64,000 nt of DNA from an uncultured Ruminococcus sp. (GCA_900545345.1 UQYQ01000001.1:34426-98425), one strand, 5' to 3'. Shown: positions 51,030 to 62,196, counted from the first letter of the stretch. The notes: generated by a model not told the origin, from the sequence alone. Made by a program: numbers and translations.

Positions 51030-52982
51030 TTATTTAGTAAAATAGAAAAATGGAAGTTCGCTGTTTTTGTCTTCTTTAATTTCTTCTAACCACAGCTTTG
51101 AAACTGCATCGCTCGGCATTCTTAAATCTCCTCTCGGTGAAAGCGTCACAGAACCGATTTTTGCCCCGTCAGGCAAACAAGAACGCTTGAACTGCTGAGA
51201 GAAAAACCTTGAATAAAATTTCTCAAGCCATTTTAAAATCACCATGTTATTATACTTTCCGTCAAATGCATACTCTGCAAGTCTTAAAACCTTTCTAGGC
51301 GGAAATCCCCACCTGACAATATAATATAAAAAGAAATCGTGCAGTTCATAAGGACCTACAATATCCTCGGTTTTCTGCGTGATATTTTCTTTGTTCTCAT
51401 CTGTCGGAAGAAGCTCAGGAGAAACCGGTGTATCAAAAACATCATAAAGAACATCTTTTACGGCACTGTCACCGCAGGTATCTGCATAGTATTTTATAAT
51501 ATGCCTTACCAGTGTTTTCGGTACAGAAGCATTAACTCCGTACATAGACATATGGTCTCCGTTATATGTTGCCCATCCAAGAGCAAGTTCTGACAAATCA
51601 CCCGTTCCGACAACAAGGCCGCCGACTTGGTTTGCAATATTCATCAAAACCTTTGTGCGTTCTCTTGCCTGACCGTTTTCGTACACAACATTATGGTTAT
51701 CTTCATCATGTTCGATATCTTCAAAGTGCTGAAGCACAGACTTTGTTATATCAACTTCTCTGAATGTTACACCAAGCGCATTGCAAAGAAGCTCAGCATT
51801 AGAACGAGTGCGCTTTGTTGTACCGAAGCAAGGCATGGTAACAGCAACTATATCCGCTCTGTTTCTATTAAGCAAATCCATAGCCTTAACACACACCAAA
51901 AGGGCAAGTGCACTGTCAAGCCCGCCTGAAATCCCGATAACAAGTGACTTTGAGTTTGTATGTGAAATTCTCTTTTTTAGCCCCTGTGCCTGCATTCTCA
52001 AAATAAGCTCACAGCGGCTGTTTTTCTCATCTTCATCATAAGGAATAAACGGCGTCCGAGCATAAAATCTCGTAAGCTCGGTATCTTGAAGCTTCATTGA
52101 AAACTCAATGATTTTATAGTCTGTGTCATTGCTCTTTGGAAAAGTTGAAAGCTTTCTTCTCTCACCGGCAAGCTTTGCTAAATCAATTTCCGAAACAGTC
52201 ATTTCATTTTCAAAAAGCCGACTTTCTTTGAGTATTGCACCGTTTTCCGCAATAATATTATGTCCTGAAAAAACCATGTCCTGAGTTGATTCTCCGTCCC
52301 CTGCCGAACAGTAAATATAGCCTGAAACAAGTCTTGCCGACTGATTTTTAACCAGCTCTCTTCGATAACTGTCCTTACCAATAACCTCATCCGAAGCAGA
52401 TAAATTTCCTATTAATAACGCACCTGCTAAGGCATGCTGATTTGAAACCGGACAAGGTGTCCATAAATCCTCGCAAATTTCAACTGCATATACAAATTCC
52501 TTCATCTCTTTACACTTAAACAAAAGCTTCGAACCGAAAGGATAGATTTTTCCGAACAATTCTATCTCTTCGTTTTCTTTCGGTGCAGGTGCGAAATGAC
52601 GAGCCTCATAAAACTCATTATAATTCGGCAGCGATGTTTTGGGAACAACCCCTAAAATATCACCGTTATATATAATGACACCACAGTTATAAAGTTTATT
52701 GTTCTTAATTATCGGACATCCGACAGTACAGATTATTTCTTTTCCTTCAGTAGACTTAACTACCCTTTCAAGCCCTTCCAAAGCCTTATCTGTAAGAAGG
52801 CTTTGATAAAATAAATCCTGACATGTATATGATGTTATACAAAGTTCGGGAAAAACACAAAGCTTTGTGCCTGATTTATATGCTTTATTTATACCTGAAA
52901 TTATGCTTTCAACATTAAAGTCTACATCTGCGACCTTAATGTTCGGTGTAATTGCCGCTGCTTTTAAAAATCCGTCTTTCAT
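51030..52982 (-). CDS. nadE: Glutamine-dependent NAD+ synthetase (N-terminal CN-hydrolase domain + NAD synthase domain)
   Basis: Start MKDGFLK at 52982 (GGAG SD 7 nt upstream); nitrilase domain with FPELCITSY; PP-loop SGGLDSALAL. Confidence 0.9.
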   Translation of the reverse strand: MKDGFLKAAAITPNIKVADVDFNVESIISGINKAYKSGTKLCVFPELCITSYTCQDLFYQSLLTDKALEGLERVVKSTEGKEIICTVGCPIIKNNKLYNCGVIIYNGDILGVVPKTSLPNYNEFYEARHFAPAPKENEEIELFGKIYPFGSKLLFKCKEMKEFVYAVEICEDLWTPCPVSNQHALAGALLIGNLSASDEVIGKDSYRRELVKNQSARLVSGYIYCSAGDGESTQDMVFSGHNIIAENGAILKESRLFENEMTVSEIDLAKLAGERRKLSTFPKSNDTDYKIIEFSMKLQDTELTRFYARTPFIPYDEDEKNSRCELILRMQAQGLKKRISHTNSKSLVIGISGGLDSALALLVCVKAMDLLNRNRADIVAVTMPCFGTTKRTRSNAELLCNALGVTFREVDITKSVLQHFEDIEHDEDNHNVVYENGQARERTKVLMNIANQVGGLVVGTGDLSELALGWATYNGDHMSMYGVNASVPKTLVRHIIKYYADTCGDSAVKDVLYDVFDTPVSPELLPTDENKENITQKTEDIVGPYELHDFFLYYIVRWGFPPRKVLRLAEYAFDGKYNNMVILKWLEKFYSRFFSQQFKRSCLPDGAKIGSVTLSPRGDLRMPSDAVSKLWLEEIKEDKNSELPFFYFTK

Positions 52983-53329
52983 AATAATACTCCGTTTCTT
53001 TGGAAAATAAATAATTCCGTCACACACAAATCACTAGGAATTCACAGTATTTATTTTATTTCCTATTGTAATTTAATTATATATAATTTTTTATTTATTT
53101 GCAAGTAACCAACTGACTGAAAAGTTTTATAAATCTTTGGAAACACAAGAATTAACAGAATATAAAAAAAGAATTTATATATTCATTATGATACAATTTT
53201 AACATTCTTTTTACTTGTTTTTTGGAAAACATTACAATTGACATAATTATTCTTTAGTTATATAATTTAAATATAAAATTTAATGTCAATATTTTGTTAT
53301 GTTTGTATAACAAAATAAAGGAGGAAAAT

Positions 53330-54544
53330 ATGAAGAAAGTAATTAGTTTATTAATGTCATTAGTAATGGCAGCAAGCCTTATTGCTACATTACCTGCTTC
53401 TGCTGAATCATATTTTGAAAACGATTCAGTTGCAACAGCTATACCGATTAGCTTAAATCAAACATATCCTATAAACTACGGCGTCAGCCCATCTTACGGT
53501 ACAGACTGTTTTGTGAAAATAACATTGCCTAGCAAAGGTTACATTTCTACTACTGTAAACAAGCCTATTGTTAACCAGAAGTATGAGGATATGAAAATTG
53601 TTATATGCAATTCTCAGGGCATTAAAATAGCTGAGCATTATCAAACTACTGAAGCAGCAGGTGCAATCAAGTTCAGCATTGGATTGAACAAAGGTACATA
53701 TTACATAAATATTATAAACCAATTCTCTTCTTATGAAGAGCCTCAAGATGTTACAACTCTTTTCAGAGTTGACTTCAAGGCTGACAACTATTGCGAAGCT
53801 GAGCCTAATAACGGAGTTACAACAGCTACACCTATGACTCTCGGCAAATCATATTTAGGTTTTATTGAACCTAATGGCGGCAACTACGATGATTACTACA
53901 AATTCGTTATTCCGTCAACAAGAAAAGTCAGATTTTATATCGGCAATTATACAAATGTAGTATCAAACTCCGGAACAAATACTTATTTCCGTTTATTTAA
54001 GTCCAATGACGCATATGAAAGCAGTATGTACTCTTACAGAGGAACAAATGACTACAATTCAAGCATTTATAAATTCAACATGGCAAACAACAAAATGAAA
54101 ATTCTAAGCAGCGGCACAGCTTATGTTGATAAATATTTAACCGCCGGCACATATTACATCAAGGTTACTTCTTTCCTTGACACAAACTCTGCATATTCAA
54201 TAAGTGTTAATAATGCACCTGCAACAACTGTCGGAGTTCAAAAGCCTAAATCAAACAAACCTTCACAGGTTACAGGATTGAAACTTAAAAAGGGCGGAAC
54301 AAAAACAGCTAAAGTTGTATGGAAAAAAGTAAAAGGTGCTAAGGGATACCAGGTTAAATATTCAACAAGCAAAAAGTTCAAAAAATCAAAGACTAAGACA
54401 AAAACCGCAAAGAAAAATAAGATTACTTTAAAGAATCTTAATAAAAAGAAATATTATGTAAAGGTAAGAGCTTATAAAAAAGTAAAAGGCAAAAAGGTTT
54501 ACGGTAAATACAGCAGAACTTTAATGCTTTATAGAATGTGGTAA
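53330..54544 (+). CDS. Secreted protein with two pre-peptidase C-terminal (PPC)-like domains and K-rich FN3-like C-terminus
   Basis: Start MKKVISLL with GGAGG SD; signal peptide ...PASA; DCFVKITLP... and DDYYKFVIP... PPC-like DYYKF patterns; C-terminal KGYQVKYSTSKKFKKSK...YYVKVRAYKK. Confidence 0.55.
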   Translation: MKKVISLLMSLVMAASLIATLPASAESYFENDSVATAIPISLNQTYPINYGVSPSYGTDCFVKITLPSKGYISTTVNKPIVNQKYEDMKIVICNSQGIKIAEHYQTTEAAGAIKFSIGLNKGTYYINIINQFSSYEEPQDVTTLFRVDFKADNYCEAEPNNGVTTATPMTLGKSYLGFIEPNGGNYDDYYKFVIPSTRKVRFYIGNYTNVVSNSGTNTYFRLFKSNDAYESSMYSYRGTNDYNSSIYKFNMANNKMKILSSGTAYVDKYLTAGTYYIKVTSFLDTNSAYSISVNNAPATTVGVQKPKSNKPSQVTGLKLKKGGTKTAKVVWKKVKGAKGYQVKYSTSKKFKKSKTKTKTAKKNKITLKNLNKKKYYVKVRAYKKVKGKKVYGKYSRTLMLYRMW

Positions 54545-54552
54545 TAAATAAA

Positions 54553-54593
54553 AAAATCAAATGCAATCCTGAATTCAGGATTGCATTTTTTTG
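54553..54593 (+). terminator. Terminator after the 53330 gene
   Basis: aaatgcaatcctgaattcaggattgcattttttt perfect palindrome + T-run. Confidence 0.8.
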
Positions 54594-54597
54594 CATA

Positions 54598-54640
54598 ATT
54601 AAAGCCTTGCTTATACAAGCAAGGCTTGTTGTTTTATTTT
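54598..54640 (-). terminator. Hairpin after rluA
   Basis: aagccttgcttatacaagcaaggctt. Confidence 0.5.
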
Positions 54641-55479
54641 ATTAAACTTGTCATATCTTCAGGTAACTCACTGTCAATAGTAATTATTTCTTTTGTTATT
54701 GGGTGACAAAACCTGACCGTCTTGCAATGCAGAGCCTGGCGGCTTATATCAGAACAGTCACCGCCGTACATTTCGTCACCTGCAAGCGGAAAACCGATAT
54801 ATGAAAAATGGACACGAATCTGATGTGTTCTTCCGGTTTCAAGATTAATTTTCACAAGCGTGTATTTTTCATCATATGAACATTTGACAGCTTTATAATG
54901 TGTTACTGCATTTTGCCCGGATTTTGAAACTTCCCGCTTTATGATAGAACCGTCTGTTCGTCCGATAGGCGCGTCAATAGTTCCGTCATTATCAAGCTTT
55001 CCGCAAACTACAGCATAATACGTTTTTTCTAAGCTCTGCTGAAGTGACTTAGCAGAAAAAGCATTTTTTGCAGCAACACAAACACCTGATGTATCCCTGT
55101 CAAGTCTATTTATCGGACGGAAAGTGAGACCGCTGCAAATATAGGAAAAATAGTTTCCGAGAGTGTCGCCCTGATGCTTTATCGACGGATGCACCGGCAT
55201 ATTATACGGCTTGTCAAAAACAATCAAGTCATCACATTCATACAAAACAGGAACACTTAGATGCCGACTAGCTTCAAGCATTTTTTCATCTTCAAGGGCA
55301 ATTGTTATGCTCTCACCCTTAAAAACCTTATCAACTGTTCTTATATGAACTCCGTTTTTAGTTATACCGTCTTTTGTTCTCTTTAGCTTTTTTATCAGTC
55401 TTTTAGAAACATTGTTTTTCGACAAAAGACTCATAACCGTTTGATTGCATTCAGCAACAAAACATATTTTACGCATCAT
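54634..55479 (-). CDS. RluA-family 23S rRNA pseudouridine synthase (RluD/RluC-like)
   Basis: 281 aa; N-terminal S4-like region, catalytic HRLDRDTSGV motif (INRLDRDTSGVCV). Confidence 0.85.
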   Translation of the reverse strand: MMRKICFVAECNQTVMSLLSKNNVSKRLIKKLKRTKDGITKNGVHIRTVDKVFKGESITIALEDEKMLEASRHLSVPVLYECDDLIVFDKPYNMPVHPSIKHQGDTLGNYFSYICSGLTFRPINRLDRDTSGVCVAAKNAFSAKSLQQSLEKTYYAVVCGKLDNDGTIDAPIGRTDGSIIKREVSKSGQNAVTHYKAVKCSYDEKYTLVKINLETGRTHQIRVHFSYIGFPLAGDEMYGGDCSDISRQALHCKTVRFCHPITKEIITIDSELPEDMTSLIK

Positions 55480-56182
55480 TTTCTCCGTTTATATCGGAAA
55501 ATTCAGCTTTATCTTTATAATAAAAACCGTTGATTTCATCTTCGCTGAGCGGCTCTGCCTCATCATCATAAACATAAGGAAAACGCCCTAAAATCTCAAA
55601 CGCCGTTGACCTCTGCCACATTGATGCCGAAATCATTACCTCAAAACCTTCACCGAAATCACAAACAAGATCGTTTGGGTTATATTTAGGAATACCGAAG
55701 CACGAAAGCATATTCATAATAATTCCTCCGTGAGTAACCACGGCACAGTTAGTTAAACCCTCCTGCATCATTGACGCTGCTATTTTTTCCATAGCTGCAA
55801 CGCATCTTTCAACGACAGTTCTCATACTTTCACCATTAGGCGGAGGATTGTCAAGTCCGCCCTTTAAAAACTTTTTATACTCAGGTTTGCACATGATATC
55901 CTCGGCCTTTTTATTTTCAAAGTCTCCGAAATCCATTTCAATAAGCTCCGGAATTTCTACCGTTATTGCTTCAGGATAAAGAATAGCTGCTGTTTCCCTG
56001 CATCGCTTCAAAGGGCTTATAAAAACTTTCTGAACACTGCCGTAATCATTTTCCTCCATCTTTGTATAAAGCTCATTTACACCCTCTGAGCAAAGAGGCA
56101 TATCTGTTATTCCTATATATTTTCCGTCAAGATTGCCTTGTGTTATTCCATGACGAATAATTTTAAGTCTATAACCTGTCAT
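55469..56182 (-). CDS. Histidine phosphatase superfamily protein (phosphoglycerate mutase/CobC-like)
   Basis: 237 aa; RHG motif (IIRHGITQGN), downstream His (VVTHGGII); 11-bp overlap with rluA start. Confidence 0.8.
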   Translation of the reverse strand: MTGYRLKIIRHGITQGNLDGKYIGITDMPLCSEGVNELYTKMEENDYGSVQKVFISPLKRCRETAAILYPEAITVEIPELIEMDFGDFENKKAEDIMCKPEYKKFLKGGLDNPPPNGESMRTVVERCVAAMEKIAASMMQEGLTNCAVVTHGGIIMNMLSCFGIPKYNPNDLVCDFGEGFEVMISASMWQRSTAFEILGRFPYVYDDEAEPLSEDEINGFYYKDKAEFSDINGENDA

Positions 56183-56357
56183 AATTTTCTCCTTTCAGAA
56201 ATTTTTTATAATTTATCTAATAATTAAACATTACATTAAGTAAAAATAGTACTATAATATACATAATAGTACAATTTACTACAAAAAAATTAATTTGTGT
56301 TACCGTAAGATTAGCGTGATACTCTTCACGCAGAAGCATAATATGGAGGAAATAACT

Positions 56358-56993
56358 ATGAACAAAGATTTTCCCAGAATCCTTACGCTTCTTCGAACTG
56401 AAAACGGGCTTAGTCAGAAAAAGGTCGCAAATGACCTTAAAATCTCACAAGGTCTGTTATCCCACTATGAAAACGGAAAGCGTGAATGTAATCTGGATTT
56501 ATTAGTAAAAATCGCAAACTATTTTGATGTTTCTTGTGATTATCTTTTGGGCAGAACAACCATGCCAAAACCAAACAAAAGAAGTCTTAAATCTAAAGAA
56601 AAACAAAAAAACATAACAAACACTATAAGTCATCTTGAAGATAAAATTAACAACGCTTTAAAAATTTACTATTCATTAATTGAAAGTTATGAATCACATA
56701 AGCTCATCAAAGATTCTGAAAAAGTTCTTTCACTTTCAATTTATTCAATGTTCAGGTGTGCATTCTTAGCAAACCCGAAAAACGATAAAAACTATTTCGG
56801 GATTAATAAGGATTATATTGCTCCTGCATTTGCTATACTGTCATCTTCACTTGAACAAGAATTGGCAAACACAAAAATCTCAGCTTCAAAAACTTCTTTG
56901 ATGAAGTTATATAATGAATTTCCGCTTGAATATAAATCTCTTGACGAGGTAATTCATTTCAGTGAAGATTTTATAAATAAAATTATAAACTAA
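56358..56993 (+). CDS. XRE-family helix-turn-helix transcriptional regulator
   Basis: Start MNKDFPRIL (GGAGG 8 nt upstream); HTH LSQKKVANDLKISQGLLSHYENGKR; divergent from the phosphatase and rluA genes, upstream of apbE-rnf. Confidence 0.7.
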   Translation: MNKDFPRILTLLRTENGLSQKKVANDLKISQGLLSHYENGKRECNLDLLVKIANYFDVSCDYLLGRTTMPKPNKRSLKSKEKQKNITNTISHLEDKINNALKIYYSLIESYESHKLIKDSEKVLSLSIYSMFRCAFLANPKNDKNYFGINKDYIAPAFAILSSSLEQELANTKISASKTSLMKLYNEFPLEYKSLDEVIHFSEDFINKIIN

Positions 56994-57061
56994 AACTTCA
57001 TTGTTTTATTGTAACACTTTTATACATAAAAAACAATACAGAAAAATAAGGCGGAATAACA

Positions 57062-58081
57062 TTGAAAAAAAGAATATCCTTAATTATATTCATTTTTATT
57101 TTATTGGCTGTAATATTTTTAACTCTATATAAAATAGAATTAAAAAAAGATACTTATAACACTAAAACCTTTTTATCTATGGACACATCAGTGAGCGTCA
57201 CTCTTTGGGGAGAGCAATTTAACGATAAGCTTTATAACAAAATAAGAAATCATATAAGTAATCTTAGCAGCACTTTTGACTCATACAATGAAAACGGGGA
57301 ATTATTTAAACTCAATAAAACAAGACATATGTCCTGTTCCCCTGAAATGATTGATATTATTTCTAAAACTTTAAGTTATCAAAAAAAGTATAAGAATGTC
57401 GATATATCTTCGGGAAAACTTATTTCCCTTTGGGATTTTCAATCAGAAAACCCTCGGCTTCCGTCTGAAGAAAAAATTTTTGATGCACTCAAATCAATAA
57501 ACTATGAAAATATAAATATAAACGATAACATAATCAATATTGATTCAGATACAAAAATAGACTTGGGTTCATCTGCAAAAGGATATACTTGCGATATAAT
57601 AAAAAACGACTTAATAAACAGCAATGCTGATTGTGCAATAGTGTCGTTTGGCTCGTCTGCTTTGCTGTATGGCCAAAAGCCTGACAACGATTATTTTTCT
57701 GTTGCATTGAAAGTTCCGAAAAAAAAATCAAAGGCTTCTATAGGAAAATTAAAAACAAAAAGCTGTGTTATTTCAAGCTCAGGAGGGTATGAGCGTTATT
57801 TTGAAATAGATAATAAAACATACTCACATATTCTTGACTTAAATACAGGCTATCCGGCTGAAACTGATTTATTATCGGTAACAGTCATATCGCAAAACGG
57901 ACTTTTAACAGACTTTTTATCCACTGAAATATATATAGGCGGAACAAAAAACATAGATAGCTATCTTAACAATAAAAACTATTCGGTTATTGCTGTCTCC
58001 GATAAAAATAAAATCTATATTTCCGACCGTATAAAAAATGATTTCAAAATCACAGACAATGAATACTCATTTGCAAAATAA
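57062..58081 (+). CDS. apbE: FAD:protein FMN transferase (ApbE family)
   Basis: 339 aa; N-terminal TM/signal; IDLGSSAKGYTCD matches the ApbE DLGxxAKGY motif; immediately precedes rnf genes whose D/G subunits need flavinylation. Confidence 0.75.
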   Translation: MKKRISLIIFIFILLAVIFLTLYKIELKKDTYNTKTFLSMDTSVSVTLWGEQFNDKLYNKIRNHISNLSSTFDSYNENGELFKLNKTRHMSCSPEMIDIISKTLSYQKKYKNVDISSGKLISLWDFQSENPRLPSEEKIFDALKSINYENININDNIINIDSDTKIDLGSSAKGYTCDIIKNDLINSNADCAIVSFGSSALLYGQKPDNDYFSVALKVPKKKSKASIGKLKTKSCVISSSGGYERYFEIDNKTYSHILDLNTGYPAETDLLSVTVISQNGLLTDFLSTEIYIGGTKNIDSYLNNKNYSVIAVSDKNKIYISDRIKNDFKITDNEYSFAK

Positions 58082-58095
58082 TTAAATATGAAAGG

Positions 58096-59391
58096 GTGAT
58101 ATTCTTGTCACTGAACTGCATAAAAATTTCGCACAGAAAAAACACAGAAAAATGTGAAACAATTAACTTGCCTATCCCAAAAAACGTTTCAATCCCGATG
58201 TCACAGCATATGGGTACACCTTGTGAACCTATTGTTACTGTCGGGGAAGAAGTTAAAGTCGGTCAGAAGATAGGCGACAGTGATGCTTTTATGTCTGCTC
58301 CTGTTCATTCAAGCGTTTCGGGAAAAGTTTCAGATATTAATGACTTTCTTCTTGCAAACGGCAGGGTTTGTAAAAGTATTCTTATTGAATGTGACGGCAA
58401 ACAAATTATGAGTGATGATATTACTCCTCCCGTAATTGCAGACAAATCTTCATTGATAAAAGCTGTAAGAGAAAGCGGATGCTGCGGACTCGGCGGAGCA
58501 GGGTTTCCGACACATATTAAACTTAATTTCGATGAAAACAAGACTCCTATCGACAGCCTTGTTATAAATGCAGCCGAATGCGAACCACACATAACAAGCG
58601 ACTACCGTGAAATGATAGAAAACCCTCAAGATGTACTGAGCGGAATTAAAACTATTCAGAAAATACTGAACATTGAAAAAACATATATTTGCATTGAAGA
58701 TAATAAACCTGATGCAATTAAGATTCTTACAGATTTAACTTCAAATGATAATTCTGTAAAAATCAAAAAACTTCCTGCATTCTATCCTCAAGGTGCTGAA
58801 AAAGTCATTGCATATAATGCAACAGGCAGAATAATCAAAGAAGGTGAGCTTCCTTCAAATCAAGGCATAATTGTTATGAATGTTTCAACTGCTTCATTCT
58901 TAAACAGATACTTTAAAACAGGAATTCCCCTCATACAACGCCGTATCACTATAGACGGCGATGCCGTTAAGTCACCCTGCAATGTTATTGCCCCTGTCGG
59001 AACTTCAGTTGCAGAGCTTTTAGAGTTTGCAGAATATGAAAAAGACAAAGTAAAAAAAGTTCTGACAGGCGGACTTATGATGGGAACATGTCTGTATGAC
59101 ATAAACACCCCTGTAACAAAAACCAATAATGCCATAATAGCGTTAAAAAAACAAACTGAAAAAGTTCAGACAAACTGTATCCGCTGCGGAAGATGTGTAA
59201 ACGCCTGCCCTATGGGGCTTATGCCGACAGAGCTTGAAAAAGCATATAATGCTAAAAACTATGATTTGCTTAAATCGCTCAAAGTCAATCTTTGTATGAA
59301 TTGCGGAAGCTGTTCTTATGTTTGCCCTGCTAAACGCAACTTAGCAGAAACAAATCAGCTGGCAAAAACACTTATTTCAAAGAACAAATAG
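58096..59391 (+). CDS. rnfC: Rnf electron transport complex subunit C
   Basis: 431 aa; two 4Fe-4S motifs CIRCGRCVNACP and CMNCGSCSYVCP; RnfC N-terminal IPMSQHMGTP; start GTG 58096 or TTG 58105. Confidence 0.9.
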   Translation: MIFLSLNCIKISHRKNTEKCETINLPIPKNVSIPMSQHMGTPCEPIVTVGEEVKVGQKIGDSDAFMSAPVHSSVSGKVSDINDFLLANGRVCKSILIECDGKQIMSDDITPPVIADKSSLIKAVRESGCCGLGGAGFPTHIKLNFDENKTPIDSLVINAAECEPHITSDYREMIENPQDVLSGIKTIQKILNIEKTYICIEDNKPDAIKILTDLTSNDNSVKIKKLPAFYPQGAEKVIAYNATGRIIKEGELPSNQGIIVMNVSTASFLNRYFKTGIPLIQRRITIDGDAVKSPCNVIAPVGTSVAELLEFAEYEKDKVKKVLTGGLMMGTCLYDINTPVTKTNNAIIALKKQTEKVQTNCIRCGRCVNACPMGLMPTELEKAYNAKNYDLLKSLKVNLCMNCGSCSYVCPAKRNLAETNQLAKTLISKNK

Positions 59392-59410
59392 AAAGAGAGG
59401 AATAATAACA

Positions 59411-60337
59411 ATGCAAAAGCTGACTGTTTCTCCATCGCCTCACACACGTTCAGATATGACAACACAAAAAATAATGTTGAATGTTATTATAGCTCTTTGT
59501 CCTGCTATAATATCCTCCGGATTTATTTTCGGGCTTCGTGCTGTATTTTTAATATTAATTTGTGTTTCAACTGCTCTTGTGTGGGAAACTCTCTTTAACA
59601 TTATAACAAAAAAACCAAATACAATATCAGACCTTTCAGCAGCGGTAACAGGAATTCTGTTAGCTTTTAACCTTCCTCCTTCACTGCCGTTTTGGATGGC
59701 GGCAATCGGAACATTTATAGCAATAGTTGTTGTAAAATGCCTGTTTGGAGGCCTTGGACAAAATTTTGCCAACCCTGCTATTGTCGGAAGAATAGTTTTA
59801 ATGCTATCATTCACAAACGCAATGACTAACTGGACTCTTCCTCTGTCACTTCAAACCTCTGATGTTACAACAGGTGCTACTCCGCTTGTCAGCAGCAACG
59901 CTGAATATTTAGATTTGTTTTTAGGAAAAACCGGTGGCTGCTTAGGTGAAACCTGTGCGTTAGCACTTATTATCGGCGGATTGTATCTGGTCATAAGACG
60001 TATTATTTCACCGATTACACCTTTGTTTTTCCTGCTTACTGTTGAGATTTTTTCTATTGCCGCAGGATTCGACCCGCTATATCAAATCCTATCGGGCGGA
60101 ATACTTCTCGGTGCAATATTTATGGCAACAGACTATGTTACAACTCCGATTACTATGTGGGGCAAAGTAATTTTCGGCATAGGCTGCGGAACAATCACTT
60201 GCATCATCAGATTTTACGCTTCAATGGCAGAAGGTGTTTCTTTTTCAATTTTAATAATGAACATTCTGACCCCATATATTGATATGATTACAAAAGCTAA
60301 GCCTGTCGGTATTTCAAAGACAAAGGAGGATATTTAA
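59411..60337 (+). CDS. rnfD: Rnf complex subunit D
   Basis: 308 aa polytopic NqrB/RnfD family; C-terminal TGAT flavinylation-like motif. Confidence 0.9.
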   Translation: MQKLTVSPSPHTRSDMTTQKIMLNVIIALCPAIISSGFIFGLRAVFLILICVSTALVWETLFNIITKKPNTISDLSAAVTGILLAFNLPPSLPFWMAAIGTFIAIVVVKCLFGGLGQNFANPAIVGRIVLMLSFTNAMTNWTLPLSLQTSDVTTGATPLVSSNAEYLDLFLGKTGGCLGETCALALIIGGLYLVIRRIISPITPLFFLLTVEIFSIAAGFDPLYQILSGGILLGAIFMATDYVTTPITMWGKVIFGIGCGTITCIIRFYASMAEGVSFSILIMNILTPYIDMITKAKPVGISKTKEDI

Positions 60338-60338
60338 T

Positions 60339-60914
60339 TTGAAAAAGCTTATTTATCCTCCTGTTGTGTTAATGATAATTTGTGTTGTTGTGTGCGGTAT
60401 TCTGGTCGGCGCTTACAAACTTACATATAAAAATACAACAGGGGTTATGACTGATGATTTAAAATCTGCATGCGAAGCTGTATTTCCCGATTCAAAGGGG
60501 GAAGACTTTAACATTGTTTTAGACCGTTCTAAAACCGAAAAAACACCGCTTACATTTGAAAATGAAAATATTAATTCTATTATTCTAAGTTCAGATAAAA
60601 GCAAATGTCTTGTCGAAGTCACCGCTGACGGTTATGCAAAGGGCGGTATACATATACTTGTCGGAATTAATCAGGCTGATGAAATTGCAGGAGTTGAATT
60701 TGTAAGCTGCGGTGAAACACCGGGACTCGGAACAAAGCTTCGTGATAAAAAAGAACTTTTTATAGATAAGCTGAAAGGCTTTTCATCTGATGACAATTTA
60801 GATAACATTGATAATGTCACCGGAGCTACATATTCTTCAAAGGGTATGAAAAATGCTGTGAAAACCGCCCTTGAAGTATACACCAAGCATAAGGAGGCGA
60901 TTTTAAGTGAGTAA
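60339..60914 (+). CDS. rnfG: Rnf complex subunit G
   Basis: 191 aa; N-terminal TM; FMN-binding motif TGATYSSKG. Confidence 0.9.
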   Translation: MKKLIYPPVVLMIICVVVCGILVGAYKLTYKNTTGVMTDDLKSACEAVFPDSKGEDFNIVLDRSKTEKTPLTFENENINSIILSSDKSKCLVEVTADGYAKGGIHILVGINQADEIAGVEFVSCGETPGLGTKLRDKKELFIDKLKGFSSDDNLDNIDNVTGATYSSKGMKNAVKTALEVYTKHKEAILSE

Positions 60915-61578
60915 TTTAAAAGACTTTACCAAAGGATTTATAAAAGAAAATCCTGTTCTTGTTACCCTGCTTGGAATGTGTCCGACCTTAGCCGTGACAA
61001 CAATGGCTTCAAACGGTATCGGAATGGGGCTTGCAACCACCTTTGTCTTGGTTGGCTCAAATATCGTTATTTCTTTGCTGAAAAAAATTATCCCCGATGC
61101 AGTAAGACTTCCTTGCTATATTGTTATTATCGCAGGGTTTGTAACTTTAATCGAGTTTTTGCTTAAAGGCTATCTGCCTGCGCTGTATGACAGTCTCGGA
61201 ATCTTTCTTTCACTTATCACGGTAAACTGCATAATACTCGGCCGTGCAGAAATCTTCGCTTCAAAAAACAAGCTGATACCCTCAATTTTAGATGGACTGG
61301 GAATGGGACTTGGATTTACTTTTGCGCTGTTTATCATGGGTGCTGTTCGTGAAATCATGGGAACAGGCTCGATATTCGGAGTAAATATACCTTTTATCGC
61401 TGAAAATCCTATGAGCATATTTATTATGCCTGCCGGCGGTTTTTTCACCTTAGGTATAATAATAGCTGTTGTAAACAGACTGAAAAATAAAAAGCCTCCT
61501 AAAGAAATCAGCTGTGCAAACTGCCCTAATGCTCATGCCTGCTCTCTTGGCACTGACGAAGGAGGTTGTGATAAATAA
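60907..61578 (+). CDS. rnfE: Rnf complex subunit E
   Basis: 223 aa RnfE/NqrD family membrane protein; overlaps rnfG and rnfA. Confidence 0.9.
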   Translation: MSNLKDFTKGFIKENPVLVTLLGMCPTLAVTTMASNGIGMGLATTFVLVGSNIVISLLKKIIPDAVRLPCYIVIIAGFVTLIEFLLKGYLPALYDSLGIFLSLITVNCIILGRAEIFASKNKLIPSILDGLGMGLGFTFALFIMGAVREIMGTGSIFGVNIPFIAENPMSIFIMPAGGFFTLGIIIAVVNRLKNKKPPKEISCANCPNAHACSLGTDEGGCDK

Positions 61579-62159
61579 TGATAAAGTTAGTAATTATTAT
61601 GGTGTCGGCTGTTCTTGTAAACAACATCGTTTTATCTCAGTTTATGGGTATATGCTCATTTTTAGGCGTTTCAAAAGTTATGAAAAACAGCCTTGGAATG
61701 GGCGGTGCTGTTATATTTGTTATGCTTTGTGCAACTGCTGTTACATATCCGGTTTATAAGTTTATTCTTGTTCCGCTTGAAATCGAATATTTGAAAACTG
61801 TTGCATTTATTCTTCTTATAGCTATGTTTGTTCAGCTTGTTGAAATTGTTCTGAAAAAGATAATGCCGCCTCTTTATAAGGCTTTAGGAGTCTATCTTCC
61901 GCTTATTACGACAAACTGTGCTGTACTCGGTGTGACAATAACAAACATCGATGAAGAATACACCTTTATTCAGTCAATAACAAATGCTTTGGGTACAGGA
62001 ATCGGATTTACCGTTGCGATTCTGCTTTTTTCAGGTGTTCGTTCAAGAATCGAAACTTCTGACGGAATTCCGAAAGCCTTTAAGGGCGTTCCGTCAACTC
62101 TGATAGCCGCTTCTATAGTATCGCTTAGCTTTATGGGCTTCGGCGGACTGTTTAGCTGA
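61578..62159 (+). CDS. rnfA: Rnf complex subunit A
   Basis: 193 aa RnfA/NqrE family. Confidence 0.9.
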   Translation: MIKLVIIMVSAVLVNNIVLSQFMGICSFLGVSKVMKNSLGMGGAVIFVMLCATAVTYPVYKFILVPLEIEYLKTVAFILLIAMFVQLVEIVLKKIMPPLYKALGVYLPLITTNCAVLGVTITNIDEEYTFIQSITNALGTGIGFTVAILLFSGVRSRIETSDGIPKAFKGVPSTLIAASIVSLSFMGFGGLFS

Positions 62160-62196
62160 TATTAGATATTAATCTCCTAAAGGAGGAAAATTTAAA